Shown: piece after piece, positions 1 to 13,406 of the stretch | Numbering within the stretch: the first letter of the stretch is position 1 | Layout: every line of letters starts with the position of its first letter | Assembly (NCBI GenBank): GCA_031835245.2 | Contig: JAVKOQ020000073.1 | Span: 1 to 64,000, forward strand | Direction: 5' to 3' | DNA: 64,000 nucleotides | DNA from: Balamuthia mandrillaris | Taxonomy: Eukaryota | The notes under the pieces: model-generated | Told to the model about the DNA's origin: nothing | Seen by the model: only the letters and a program-made list of their open reading frames with translations | Databases searched by the model: none | Position numbers and translations under genes: made by a program

Positions 1-1064
1 CAGAATCAGCAGATAATACTGTACATTGAATCGATACCAGGTCTCTGGATGATGGGTGGAGATTTTTAGGCTATGTCGCTTGCTCTTGGCTTTGCCGCTT
101 TGGGTGGTGGATCTCAGCAGTGATTCCCACTCGCCGCTTGCTCTGTTGCTACTGGCTGTAGGCGGCAAGGAGGCACACGGCAAGGTTGCACTAATGCAGG
201 ACCCACCTTGCACCGGTGATATGATACCCATATCTTCCATTTCTTTACATAGGTCTATGCCTTCTTCCAAGGCCAGTGCCTTGTGCTTCACAAACCAATC
301 CACCATTTTCAGTATCGAAACGCAATGGTGGTATTGTTTGCCATCGACAACACGCTCTTTGAACTTCAGTTGAGTGGGTGGCTTCAACATTTGCGTGACC
401 ACCAGTTGAAACTAGCCATTTATGACAAAGAGGATGCGGAGTCAATGCTTAACGTTTCAAAAACAAAGGGATTAAGCTTGGTGTCCCTTGATAAATACCT
501 TGGGAGGAAGCAGTATGGTGGGGCATAGCTCTGGACACTTTTTGTCATTCCAGGGGAGGGCTCTGTAGAGGGCGTAAGCATGTGCTCTAAGAAAGCCATA
601 GTCGTACATATTGTCTCTTGTACGCAATTGTACGGATAGAAAGGCCTTTCGGTGACGGCTGCCTCCTTGTCCACAGCCCTCCTCCTGCGCTTCTTCTTGC
701 CTATCCTCGTTTTGGCTGGTCTCCGCCTTTGTGCCGCCTTCTATGATCGTTATTGTAGCTTCGGAGACCTATTTCCACAAGGTATTCCATCGCGAGAAGA
801 ACAAACACCCACATAAGAATAAAGAAGAACGAAAGCGGGAAGCAGAAGAAGAAGAAGAAGAAGAAGAAGAGCGAAACATACCCAACCAGCGGGGTTTTGA
901 ATGGTAACTTCGAGGGTCTGCACGTCCACAGAGGGCTGGTGAGAAGACTGCACAGTCCAACCCTCTAACTGCAAGGCAGTTAGGCTGGTCTGCACACCGG
1001 AGAAGAGCCACAGGAATGGCAGCTTGAACTCCCATACAGTATTATAGGTAGTGGTGCCAGACAT
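1..1064 (-). CDS. DEP-domain-containing protein (multi-exon; 3' part runs off the left edge)
   Basis: Splicing at AAG|GTATT (498) and GCTAG|TTT (411) gives FQLVVTQMLKPPTQLKFKERVVDGKQYHHCVSILKMVDWFVKHKALALEEGIDLCKEMEDMGIISPV, which fits the DEP pattern. The frame stays open to base 1. The start codon is uncertain. Confidence 0.6.
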
Positions 1065-1535
1065 AGCGGCACCTGCCTCCCCAAAGACGGCCCTCTTTCA
1101 CTGACGTGCTGCTCCCTTGGCTGGACAGATGAAGGCAGGAGAGCGAGAACTCGCAGACAAGGATCAACGCAAAGCTCGAGAAAGACGACGAAGAGAGCCT
1201 TGTTGTTGTTTTTCCTTGTGCTTGACTATTTCCAACGGGCGGCAGACAAAGGTGGGGTGCTATTTATTTCATAGAAGGCTGGAAGGGCAGGCAAAAAGGA
1301 GACAGCCGGCCGCTGGTCAACTTTCCTTCGCAGGAATTTTGAAGGGGGAGTGGTGGTGGTATAATGGGAGGGGGTCTAGCCCTCCTCCCCTTCCTCCGCT
1401 TTATTAATTAATTTGGAGAGGAAGGCCGGAAGGCAATTTTTGCCCAACCCTTGGTTTCTGCACTGGAAGAAGCAGCAGCACGGTTGTCAATACATGTCCC
1501 ACCACGCGTGTAGGGCGGCTTGCCGAAAGGGCTCA

Positions 1536-1746
1536 TCACGATGGCTGCTCCGCTGATGCGCAGAACAGCCAGTCACTCACGAACAAGGACAATATGCGAG
1601 AAAACGTGGGAAGATCCACCTGCCGCTGGTCAAACAATGGTCTCCACAGCTGCATTAAATGCTGCTTCTGTTCTTCTCGCAGTTGATTGCTGTTCGCCAG
1701 CATAGTAGGCAACAACTAAAATGTATCGCCAGCAGAGAACTTGTTA

Positions 1747-1785
<39 letters not shown>

Positions 1786-4700
1786 GAGTACGTTTTCAAA
1801 GAAGGACGGTGGGTGAACCACAACCATAGCGTGGATGTTGTGCACGATATCATCTTGCAAGAGAGCATGCGATCTGGAGAGGAGCACCTCCAACAGAACT
1901 TGGAGAAGACCTAGCCGCAGGCTTTCCTTGAACACATCGCGCGAGTAGAGCTGGACATGGCTTTCGTTTAACTGCTTTAGTGCTGGTCGAGAAAGCATCA
2001 GCACAGAGTGAGAGGCGGTGTTTGTTGCTTGCAACACAGCAATATGGGAAGGCAAAAGGAGAAAACAGAGGATTATAGATTTGTACCTTTGAGATTCTTT
2101 GCAACAACTATAATATCTGTAGAACGGAAAGAGTAGATGATAGATTGAAGGATAGCAATAAGGTGAGGATAGTGACGAGACGAAGAGAAATAATTCCAAT
2201 GGCCAGACACCATGTGCTTCACCAGTCGATAGAAGGAGACCATTACGTCCTGGTTTGCCTCTCCTGTTACAAGCTACACAGGTTTGCATTAAGTTAGGAA
2301 GCTGGATGAAAACTAATGCATAAAGGTGGGGCTTGCCTGTTTTTCCAGAATGGGGTTGATCTGTTCCATGGCAAGAGTATAAATAGCCGGCAAGAAAGAA
2401 GAAAACAGGTTAGATGGGTCCCGCACTACGTATGTGAGGAAGTCAAGCAGCCTGCTCAAGAGTAAAATATCAGTGATAACCATCTTTTCTCCTGAACACT
2501 TTTACGCACTTGCAGACAACGGTTATGCCAGACTCGTCTTGAGATTGCAGAATAAGTTGTATCCTTTCCCCACCGAGCAACTCCATGAAGGTTCTAGGCA
2601 CAGAGGTTAGATTTGTTTTAAGAAGGCACAACTCAGAAAACTTACCCTAGGGTTTCTTGGATAAATGTTGCTCCAAGATAAGTTTTGAGCACATCAAAAA
2701 CAATTAAAAAAAATTCCAACACGGCTTTCAGAATACCTTATATGTCTGAGTTAACAATATATTGAAGGCAGCACAACAATCATGATGATGACAACAAAGG
2801 GAAAAGACTTACGAGGTTGGTTTAAGTACATCCTAACCATGCTTAAGCAGGCCGGAATAACTGGCTCCAGCGCTTTGTATATTATATCTTTAGATGTTTT
2901 GGTGCCCTCAGTTTTTACAGCCGCTACAATACCTCCCAGAGCACTTGTTTATCCTAATATGTGAGCCGAACCACCAACCATAGCAAGTTGAGCACGCATA
3001 CCTTAGTTTTAACTCTGCTTGGCCTACACTCTCTGCGGGAAAATGTGAAGGTTCCATTTGCGCCATTTCAACAAAAGGACGAGTCAAGCTGGCTATAAAT
3101 TCTTGAAATTTGTTGTTTCTCTCGTCCCAGTGCTGGCAATGATAGAAGAGGATTAGAGAAGCTTCAGCTAATTGCGAGGTGAAAAAAAAATGCACTAAAG
3201 AGAGAGAGAGGCATTAAGACGAAGACAATACCTGCTCACTTGAATTGACAGGTACGCCTCTAGTAGGTAACAAAAGAGCATTCGAAATGGCAACATACAC
3301 ACGCACAGTTTGCTCTTTAGTGTCCGTGCTAGTAATGCGGTCTACATTCTCCATCAACCAAGATAATCGTGATACGCCCAGCAAACCTTTTGGCCGTAAC
3401 GTACTAGACACAGAATCTAGACAGTAAACAGCAGCCAAGCGAACCTCTGGTGGGGTGTTCTGCACCAAAGCGACAATATAAATTTGCCAAAGTTAACAAG
3501 AAGCAATATGATTTTAGTGACAGCGAGGAGCAATACCGCTTCGGCTATAACCAGGCAAGTAGCATCTACGCAGCGAGTTATTGTTTGCCTGAATTGAACT
3601 TGTTGAGGTGAGTCCTCCGCCCCTCCAACAGGTGCTCCTGAAGAAGTACGGCTTACAATGGGAGAGGAGGGGAGGGAGGACGGCTGTAGGCTTGATAAAT
3701 AATGCACAAACCAATGCGTATATGATCGAAGAGTGCCAAAAAGCTGTGCTTGCCTAAGTACAGGAAGACGTGGTTAAAAACATCATAACAGGTGTTGCGT
3801 TCAAGAAATAACGTACAGAGCAGAAACGTGCGGGCCTAAGGGATACAAGTGATGTTTTACTAAAAAATCTCCTACATCCAACGTTGCGTGCAATAAAACA
3901 TTACAGGCTGTAAATGTGTTTTCAAAGTTGTTAAGAAAGTATGTCTGGATACCACCCAAGGCAATGAGCAAACTTCTTTGGTCTTTCAAGATGTTATCAA
4001 TATAGTCTCTGGCTTCTTGGTTGCGCTCCACTGGTATTGACATACGTACAAAAAGAGTGTCAATTATTAAGAATAGAGGTTATTTTTTGCACGCACCCTG
4101 TGAAAGCACTTCAGTTGCCTGACATATCCTTTGGGAGTTTTCCATAAACGTGCTACATAGTTGCTGAAGGTTGGGATTCGGATAACACTCTGCGCACTTC
4201 ACTACCACTTCCATACATTTCTCCACAAATAAATCCAGTTCGGTGTGTTGCTAAGAAAAGCAATTATTAGGCCAACGACACGAAAATACAAATCGTGCAA
4301 AAGCACGACCAGGAAATGCTTACGTCATCCACTTTTTCCGTGGCGTCGAGCAATTGAAGCTGCGCTGCATTGGTGACGAACAAAGTATTCTTCATCATTT
4401 CTCCATAGAGTGAGACGATAGCATCCCTATACCTGTATTAGAGATGAAATTACTAGGTTGCTTCAGAAAAAAAAAGGAGCGCAATAAGTGGAAATACCGC
4501 TCAGAGGAAAGGCCGGAAGAAGAAGAGGGCAGTAACGCTTGCTCCCGCAGACCATCAAGGACCGATAGCCAAACATCTACACATTGCAGGAACAATTGTA
4601 ACGAGGTTTGAAGGAACGTGTATTTAAAGAGAAGAGCCAAGAATTCGTTTACAGGAAAGCTAGGGTCAGCCTCAACGCGTTGTAAATGATTGCTTACGAA

Positions 4701-6115
4701 CAAAGAGGTAAATCGGGTGCATTTTTCAATGAATCTGCTCAACAAAAGGAACCAAAGGTGAGAATGAAAGCACAAACGATGAGTAAATAGTAAACGTACA
4801 AGTCATCCAATCCTTCTAGACCGCCTTCTTTTGCCGTGAGCGACCGTAGGAGTGAAAAAACATGGGTGAAGACTTGGGTAAGCCACTCTTGCGTTTCCTT
4901 TGGTACATAGTTTTTCTCAAGAATCTCATTAATACAGTCAAAGGCGGAAACGCTGGTTGTGGCGTTGTGCAAGTGAATGTACTGAAAGATGGCTTGTAGG
5001 AGGCTTGGTACCACAAGACTTCCGTTTAACGGAATCCATGCAAAGTATCGCATCAGTGCCTCTGTGTACACAACATGAACGAGTTAGGGTAAGGGTGAGA
5101 GCGAGAGCGAGAGGATGAGAGAAGCTAAGAGAGTACCCAACGATGTACGGGCTAGCCGAATGGATTCTTCATCAAAAGTGCCTTCATAAAAATCAGTTCG
5201 GAGATACCGTTTCACAGGGGAGGCAAGAGCCTGAAAGCCCTGGCTATCTGAAATAGAAGTAACGCGCACGTTGTGCTCGAAAAGGCCTTGCAGTAATTGG
5301 CCAAGGAGCTCTGCACCGATGCAAATGGTCGATGGAATGGGGTGTAATGGAGTAAGCAAAAGGGCGAGGTGAGTTAGTGAATGCAAACCAAAGAGAGAGC
5401 GAAATGAAAAGAACCTAAAATGCCAGGCGCCGCTTCTAAAACATGAGTTTTCAACTCCAGTTTTCTGGAGGCAAGTAGATGGGAGTCTTCACGTGTAAAC
5501 TCTTCAGCAAGCAAGGCCAAGAGCTCCACACCAAGCTGACGGCTCTCCTGACTTTTCACCAGCAAGAAAATGTGGTCAAGAAACTCTGGATAGCGCTGAG
5601 GCCAGTCTTTAAGCCCAATGCTAAGATAAACCTTGGCCATCTTCTTGCCCACGAACGAAGGAAGCTCCTAAGCATCACAGCAGAGAAAGAGAAACAACAA
5701 GTACAGTGAACATTCATAGCGAATGGGAAGGGCGTGCAGTGTGAGGAAGGGAATAACCTTGTACTTGGCGTGAAGGTATTCCAGCAGAAACTTTCTCACT
5801 TCAATCTGCTCCTCGTTGGAAAGGGTTTGCCAGCGGTGCTGCAATAGAACGTCCATCATAGAAACGGCCAACCATTGCACATATTGGTCAGTTGAGTGGG
5901 TGAGCAGCGAGCGTGCCTGCGCCCAAGCCTCTGGTTGCTCTTTGGTATTGCTCAGGAGTTGCTCTGTGGAGGAGAGAGAATTCATAGAGGTCAACACAAG
6001 GAAGAAGTGGGCGGGGGGGTCCTCAGAGTTATCAACCTATTTGACTCTTGGAGGTGGCATCTTGCGCGGTGAAAAAGCGGTGAAGGGTGCGTTGAAGCTC
6101 CTCTGCGTTCTCCAT
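1536..6115 (-). CDS. XPO6: Exportin-6 (importin-beta family), multi-exon
   Basis: Exon peptides IGLKDWPQRYPEFLDHIF, LLAEEFTRED..ASRKLELK, FIEKCTRFTSLFVSNHLQRVE..FPVNEFLALLFKYTF, LLQVLLEVLLSRSHALLQDDI and C-terminal DLPTFSRILSLFVSD match recalled XPO6 signatures. ATG at 6115 (MEDAEELQRTLHRFF); TGA at 1536-1538. Confidence 0.88.
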
Positions 6116-6467
6116 CGTCGTGCCCTCTGGTATTTGTTGCAGTGGCGGTTTAAGCTCGCTTCACAAAGGGTGCTACTGCTACTGCCGCTCCTACTGCTCC
6201 TACTGGTGCTACCTCTTTGGCCGACACACAAGCAAGCATTTGAACGGTTGGTCTCACTTGCTGCTCAAGTGCTGCTGCAATGGTGTTGGGCCAGAGGGGT
6301 GGCCCCTCATGCCAGCTACAGCCGCGCAGTGCTTGGCCGTTGGCCCCCAAAGGAGCAGAGAGGCAGTAGCAGAGAGAAACTTGGGAAGCACCCGGTTTAG
6401 GCGGAGACGCACAACCCTGCCGAGAAGAAAAAGGTGGCTCCTCCCCTCTTGCGTTTGCTTCAACAAC

Positions 6468-8392
6468 ATGCAGCCCTCCCCCAACAACTCTCGTAGCTCC
6501 CCCAACTCCCCCAGCCCCACCAACCCCCTCTCAAAGTCCCAAACCCTCCGAACCTCCCACTCCACCTCACCCTCCCTCTCCAACTCTGAAAAGGCCACCA
6601 CCACGAGAAGGCGCTCCTCCTCCACTCCCATTAGGGTTATAGCAGCGGTTACTACCGCTCCCACCGCTGCCACGGCCAACAGTATCCCTACCCCACAAAA
6701 AGAAGAACCGCCCAAGGAGAGCGAGCGCCCGCCTGAAGCAGCTGAGGCTTGGTACAGCAGCCTACTGGAGGCGTTGCGCGAGCCCACCACTGGACTACAG
6801 ACCGGAGAGAGAAAGCACCACCTTAAGACCCACACAAACTGCTTTCATGGTACCTGACTACCTTCCTGCTAAGCCAAATCCTTTTACTTGAGCTCTCTTG
6901 TTGACCTTGCTTTGTTGTTGTTGCTGCTGCTGCTTGATAGGGAAGGAACTGGTCAATTGGTTGCTGGACAGAAAACTAGAAAATAGCAGAGAAGAGGCTA
7001 CCGTGTTGGGTGGAAGATTGCTCAGGGAGGGCATCATCGAAAGTGTTTCCTCCCACAACGACCACTTCAACGACTCGGCACACCTGTTTCGGTTTTCCAA
7101 AGAAGAAGAAGAAAAACGAAAGAGATCCTTGGTTCGGCCCTTTTATTTGTTTCGCTTTTTTATTTTTTGCTTCTCCTTCTCCTCTTCCTCTCTGCTTCTC
7201 TTTCTTTCTTTCTCTCTCTCTTTCTCTTTCTCTCCTTCTCTCACATATCGTATACACAGACATCAGGGCTTCACAAGTTAACACACAAGCTAAAGACTAC
7301 TACAACCAGTGCCGAAGCAAAGAAAGGAGGTGTGCGCGACATCGTACACACTATATTTAATGATGAAGCCTGGGAAGAACGACAGTACTTGCTCGCAGAA
7401 GAGGAGGCTGGCAAGAAGCCAGAAGATATCATCTGGTACCACTACTACGTTGTTGGTCGTTTCATCTGTATGTTGCTGACCAAATGATACGTGACGATTG
7501 GCAGGGCTAAACATCCCACGAATGCACAGAGGGCAAAACTGATATATGTGAATGTACTACATCAAGGCAACGTCAGTTCTGACGGTCTCCGTTGGATGAT
7601 AGGCCTAGACGGCTCCCTCGCTGCATTGGAGGCCTTCGATTGGCTGATGGACAATGTCTGCCCGGAGAAAGACCATGTCTTCTTAGTTTGTGGTTAGTTT
7701 ACGTTTTTTATTTTGCAATGCTACAGTTGTGTGTGTAGGAAACTTACAACATTTTATGGTCGTCATGTACAGTAAGGGAAAAGCCTTTGCCTGACGTGTT
7801 GGCTCTACATTCAGAACGCACGCCAGAGAGAGTTAACTTTGAATTTCTCTTGTGGAAGACCGCCAGGAAAATTGTTAAACCACTACATAAGCGGTTATCT
7901 TCCGCTGGGGTACGTTACACCTGATGGGCGTTGCTACTCGCTTTTGTTGAGCTGTAAAGTCTGACTTGCACCCAACAGATAGAACATACTATATTGACAC
8001 CAAGATCACGGGACCATCGCAAGCAGCTCGTGCAGCTTTCGAAGCGCTTCTTAGTAGACACCTTGGTATTAGGACATCACGGAGAAGGGGACCACGGGGC
8101 CGTTAACAAAGCTACCGAGTAAGTATTGTTCGTTTGTTTTCGTGTTAAGCTTCTTTGTAACTGGTTTTTGGTCCGCAGCAATTGGAGAAGCACAGTCAGC
8201 TACGTCAAAAAACATGCAAAGTGCACCGTTATAGTTCGGGTTTCCTCAAACCAAAAAGGAGGTGCGCTTGCCAACAGGCTAAGGTCGTCGGACGGTGCAA
8301 CCAAACGACGGCCAACCAAAACCACCGACCGCGCTTCATCGGATGGGGCGCTTGATGATACCAACACAAAGAAATTCACCCAAAGTATGTAA
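6468..8392 (+). CDS. DEP domain + universal stress protein (USP) domain protein, multi-exon
   Basis: DEP: ERKHHLKTHTNCFHG|KELVNWLLDRKLENSREEATVLGGRLLREGIIESV. USP: WMIGLDGSLAALEAFDWLM...VDTLVLGHHG...STVSYVKKHAKCTVIV. Canonical GT-AG introns join these exons. Confidence 0.78.
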
Positions 8393-8459
8393 GTGTTCTT
8401 TGCATAGTGCTATGCACAGCTGGAACAGATGATATAATATTGGGACACGCCACAATGTC

Positions 8460-9657
8460 ATTGCATTCCAGGTTTCCCCTCCTGCAGTGCTGTTCCTCCT
8501 TCCCGGAAGAAGACCATGTGCTTGGCCCAGTCGGGAGATTCCAGGATGGATTCCACGATGCGTTCCGTTTTGGGGCTTTCCTTGCCCCAGCCGTTGCCCA
8601 GCTGGCGACTGCGGGAGAGAAACGCGTTGGTAATCTCCTCGTCCTAGTCCTCGTCCTCGGGCTCCGGAAGGGTTTTTTTCTTTTTCTGCGCGTTCTGCTC
8701 GCTCTTCCGGTACTCTTTGTATTGACCAGGGGCCATCTCCACCAACACCACCTGGTGGGGCAGAACCACGGGATAGTCATCCGGCTGGGTGGATCCCGTC
8801 AGCCCGCTGCTGTGAGCGGTGCTCAGCCCGGCGTCCCTGGAAGCCTGGAGGGCCTTCTTGTTGGGAGTCAGCTCGAAATAGGAGAACACGCATTGGATGG
8901 CCTCGGCTATCCTCTCCGGTTCCATGTTCATCATCTTCCTGAACTCCTTGGGGTCCGTGGGCAGCCATTTGTCCTTCCCTCGATTCCCATGGGCCATGTT
9001 GGTCAGGACGGCGATGTCCTCGGGACCGTTCCGCATGGGCGTGCCGGTCAGCATCAGCACCTTGTGGTCATGGCGCAACGTTGCACGGCGGCGGAGATAT
9101 CCCCCTTGGCGTTCCTCAGACTGTGGGCCTCGTCTATCACCAGGCGCCGCAGCTCTGGGGCGGTTTCTTCTTGAACATCTCCATGGAGGAGACGGCGTAC
9201 AGGGACTTGCGGGCCACCAATCGGTGCCCCGCCAGGTTGTCCAGCTCTTCCTTGAAGTTGGGCACCAGGGAGGCGGGCACGACCACGTGCACCCTTTTCA
9301 CGGCCCCATGGCTGGCAGCGATGGCGGCCTCCACGGCGGCGATGCTGGTGATGGTCTTGCGGATCCCATGGCGTGGTACAGCACCATCCCTCTGCAGTCC
9401 GGATGCGAGAACGCGTCCTGTATGAGCAATTGGTGGCTGCGAAGCAAGAGATTCCTCTGAGCGGAGCTCCTCACGGGTATGGCGTCATCCACCGAAACCA
9501 CTTCCGTCGGCAGGGCGGTGACGGGAAGCACCACCTCGGCCGTTTCCGCAGCAGCGGCTTCGGAGATGTCCTCGATGAGCCCCAGGGCCTTGTTCAGTTC
9601 TTCATCGTCCTCGAGGGCATTGGGACGACGTCGTCGCTGCAACCGTCGTTTGGGCAT
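8460..9657 (-). pseudogene. Decayed NCLDV-like D6/D11 (VETF-S/NPH-I type) superfamily-2 helicase fragment; probable endogenous viral relic
   Basis: Intronless and GC-rich (a sampled 60-mer was 62% GC). Motifs across frames: RGMVLYHAMGS/(G)KTITSI (Walker A, 1-nt deletion at ~9360), VVVPASLVPNF, LVIDEAHSLRN (9123-9134), VLMLTGTPMRN, NAFLSRSRQLGN, SPK...KHMVF. It has three frameshifts, an in-frame TAG at 8644 and a C-terminal truncation. Confidence 0.75.
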
Positions 9658-9886
9658 AGGAGGAGAAGGAGGAGAAGGAGGAGGAGCTCCGGAGCTTCTC
9701 TTTTTCGTGTTGCCTCGTTTCTGTGGTCCGGCAGAGGTCTTCTTCCTTATCAAGTCGACGCGGTCGAAGTACTGCACTTTGTATCCTTTTTTTTTTTTTT
9801 GTGAGTTTTTGGCGGGAAAAAAATTAATTCGAAACAACGTTTCTGTGGCATGGAAACTGATGTGGCAAAACGGGAAGAGAGCAAGC

Positions 9887-12730
9887 ATGGAGGAAGAGTA
9901 TGATCAAAGCGAAGAGAGTGAACAAAAAAGGGACAAAAATATACCAGGAACACAAACGAAGCTTCCACGTTCGGCCTTTCTTTCTTTCTTTTTTTTTTCT
10001 TTTAAACTTACCCATTTCAACCTTTAATCCAAATAGTTTCTCAGTTCTTTGAGTTGAACAGTGAAGAGCTGAAAAACTGGCTACTGGGCTTGTTTAAAGC
10101 GGAGAGAACCAAAGAGCGCATCGAATCAGCCTTCAAAGAAGAAGGGGAACTGCGCGGTGAGGTCTTTTCAATCCTCTTAAACAAACAAGAGCTCCAGAGA
10201 GGACTAGCAGAGCAATTCACTGCACTCATAGCCAAGACGGTCGTAGACAACATAGACTTTCCCAGTCTCCAACCTCCTCCGAGAGCTTTCGCGCAAAGTG
10301 TTGGCTATGGGGCTTGCCCTGATGAGATCGAGAGATACTTGGGTGAGTTTGCAGAACAGTATCGTCTTGGAACGGTTACCCTTGAAGAACTGCAAGCCAT
10401 TTACGGAACTGTGCTTCGCTACCCCTTTCCCTCCTTACTCAAGGAAAGAGCCATGGATCCAATGTTCCTTCACCCCATCGGAACTGCTGCAGACAAGTTG
10501 CTAGAGCTATTACAAAAACAGTACAAGGAGGAAACTCAGACTCGCAAACTCATTGGCATTGCGGACACTAGTGGTGCTGGAAAGACCAAGGTCTATTTTT
10601 CTCTGGCTCTACTCGACAAGTCTGAGTTCAGTGTTGTCTTCATCCGCCTCTATGATGCAAGTGTATCCACACTTCCCTTCGAGGTACTCGAGCTGCAAAT
10701 CCTGACGGATCAGGCACGTGCTCGTGATGCGAAGACGGAAGAGGAGAAGATAGAATGTGCACGAACTAGTTATGACAAAGTGAAGCTCTACATTGCGTCA
10801 CATGTACGGTGGCTCTTGGGTGTTTCCAATAAGCTAGGATTGAGGAGAGGTCTGGAGCAACGGAAGGCATGGCTCTATGCCCTACGGAATGGACTGGGTA
10901 ATCAGGGTACTGCTGCTATTTTTAACGGCTTAGTTGATAGCTGCAACACATGCGCCGACAAGCATAAGTTCGCTGACAAAAGCCTTTCTGAGATGTTGCA
11001 CAAGGCAGTAGCTGACTTCGGGCCATTGCTTTTTGCCTTTGATTGAGATCGGTCATGCACAGGGAAAGGGAAACGGGCTTTTCTATCACTTTGACGATTA
11101 TGTAAAACGAGCCCCATCGATGCACCAGCGAAAGGACGAAGAGTTCTCCAAGCCAACAGGCTCTTCCAACCAACGTGCCGATCTCTTTTACATGTTTCGT
11201 GTGCAGATGAAAAGATTGCTATCGGACCTTCGAGATATTCTCATCGCTATGTCAGACACTCGGTTCTTCATGCATGATGTAATCGAACACAACAGCAAAT
11301 CTCCTCTCAATGACCTGGTAGTTCCTTGGGCGGAGTTCCACAGCTGCACAGCGGAGGACTTGTACTCATTCTTTGAACGTTACTTTCTGGCTGACTCAAG
11401 ATACAAACCAGAACTCACGACGCAATTGCGCAGGTTCGAAGGACGCCCTCATTTTTTCTTTGTCACTCTCCGAAGCAAGCTTTTCGCTCTCTGCAAGGAA
11501 CGACCCACCGACGAAGCACACCTCTGGGACCTGTTGGAAAAGAGCCAGTTCTTTGACAATTGTTTCAAGGAATGTGTGGGGTTGTTCTGCAAGAACGTCA
11601 TCGAGCCACACTGGAACACCAACTCGAGTTACGATTCTTCCTCTCCCACCACGGTCAGCAATGATATGAAGATGCTACATTTGGCCTTAGTTATGGGAAA
11701 CCGGAAGGTGATCATCAGGAATACAAAGCGGCTGAAGGATCTTATTTCTACTGGTTTGCTCTTCGCACCTGAGCTGAGTACAAAGGCTGTGGCTCATCCA
11801 TTCCAACCTGTGGAACTGGACTTAGAGCGCGAACCTGTGGTTGCTGAAGCTCTTCGTCAATATGGAGCTAGCAAGCTGAAGGACGACTCCGACCATATAT
11901 TGCAATGTTTTTCTCACCTTCTTTCCACTGCTGACCAGCAATCACAGGGCTTAACCACTGCCCTCAAAGGAGATGTAACGGAACTTCTGCTGGCCTGGAT
12001 AGTCATCAAGCAAACGAGCCATTATCGCTGGAAGAATGCTCTTTCCACCGATGGCCCTGTACCGTTGAAGCAAGTACTGCAACCACTCCTGCCTTGCGAT
12101 TTTGTCTGGCCAGAAGCCTTTGACGATACCACAGTGGCAGTCTCCCTTGGCACTCCGCTTGATAAAGGGGATCCTTATGCGCACCTCTTTGAATCAAATG
12201 CAGGCACCGCATCCCAAGAGATACTTTTCGATATTGATAAGCGAGCCCGAGCAGATATTGTTTTCCTTCATGAAACTGCGGGAAGCCCTGGCATCTGCGC
12301 CATCCAGTGCAAAGCAAAGCAGGTTGTGGACTTTCAAGACGCATTGTGGAGTGTTACTCCTGGTTGCCAATATTTCTCGACCAAAAGGGACCAGATATCT
12401 CTGCTCTACGACAACCCAATGGCCGTCGAAGTGAAAAAGTCGAAGCAGAGGCGCAAGTTTGAAGAGTGCATGCGACAAAGGGCCGATGTGCAGAATCGCT
12501 GGTTACGGGGGATCTTCTCTATAAAAAACTGGCACAGAAAAATCATTGAAGCCATCAACAAGGCCAACACAGAGAGGTGCCCAACACAACCCATCATCTT
12601 GTTGCAGGCGAGTGAGGAGCTCTTCCAAGAGGCGTTTGAAATTCTGAGGGAGAGCGTGCGAGGTAAAGTGGATTCTGTTGGGGAAAGGCTATCAAAAACC
12701 TGGTGTTTGGCTCCTCTTAAAGTTGATTAG
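9887..12730 (+). pseudogene. Crinkler/RHS (CR)-type effector: SAM-like header + P-loop NTPase + PD-(D/E)xK restriction-endonuclease-like domain; one frameshift
   Basis: ATG at 9887, one in-phase intron at 9969-10036, then an intronless body. Walker A is IADTSGAGKT. Walker B (LLFAFD/EIG) is split by an extra T at ~11043-11044. The C-terminus has RADIVF...AIQCKAK. The frameshift could be a sequencing error. Confidence 0.65.
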
Positions 12731-13406
12731 ATTTAGTAGCGAATAAAGAGTTGTGTGCAACAGCTACACCTCTCTCCCTCGCTCCGAACGTTTGGTGGAG
12801 GGTGGTAACCTCAGCAGACTCAAGGCCTCATCTGAAAATCCATGACCAGGGGCAGCTCCGGTTCTAGGTGCAATGTGACCAGATTCTTTGAGAGTTGAAC
12901 GCACATGGTCAGTACATGGTCTTGAATTGATTTTCAAGGCTGGAGCTGGCCCTGGTTTCTTGTTGTTGATAGTGAGATGGGCCGCCGCCGACACCGGTGT
13001 GAAACGGTTTCACGAATGGTATATCGCCGCAGACATCGGCTTGCTGTTCCAACTTCAACCCTCCAGGAGGGCCTGCCAACATTCTGTGGTGGTGCCACAT
13101 CCGAGGGATTCAACACCACTTGCTGAGGAATCGGGCGTGATTCTGTCGGGTCGACCTTGGGTTAATTTTGGGGCGGCGGAAAAGGAAGAAAGAAAGAAGC
13201 AGCAAGAAACAAAGAAAGAGGAGGGTTACACTCTTTTGCTTTGGGGAGGGGGCCAACCATGGAGACAAATCAACAAATACAGGACAAGTATAACAGGGTG
13301 AGCCACCTCCTCCTCCTCCTTTTTTGTTGTTTTTAGTCTGTGGCCCTTACTTTTTTTTTTGGCGGGGGGGCGGTAATCCTCGACGACGATTAAGATTATC
13401 AACATT

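Noticed and set aside
8407..9174. 255-aa plus-strand ORF and overlapping plus-strand ORFs to 10027
   Set aside because: They are antisense shadows of the GC-rich helicase relic, whose motifs are on the minus strand.
12764..13301. Short overlapping ORFs downstream of the CR effector
   Set aside because: No recognisable motifs or consistent splice model, so no gene call is supported.
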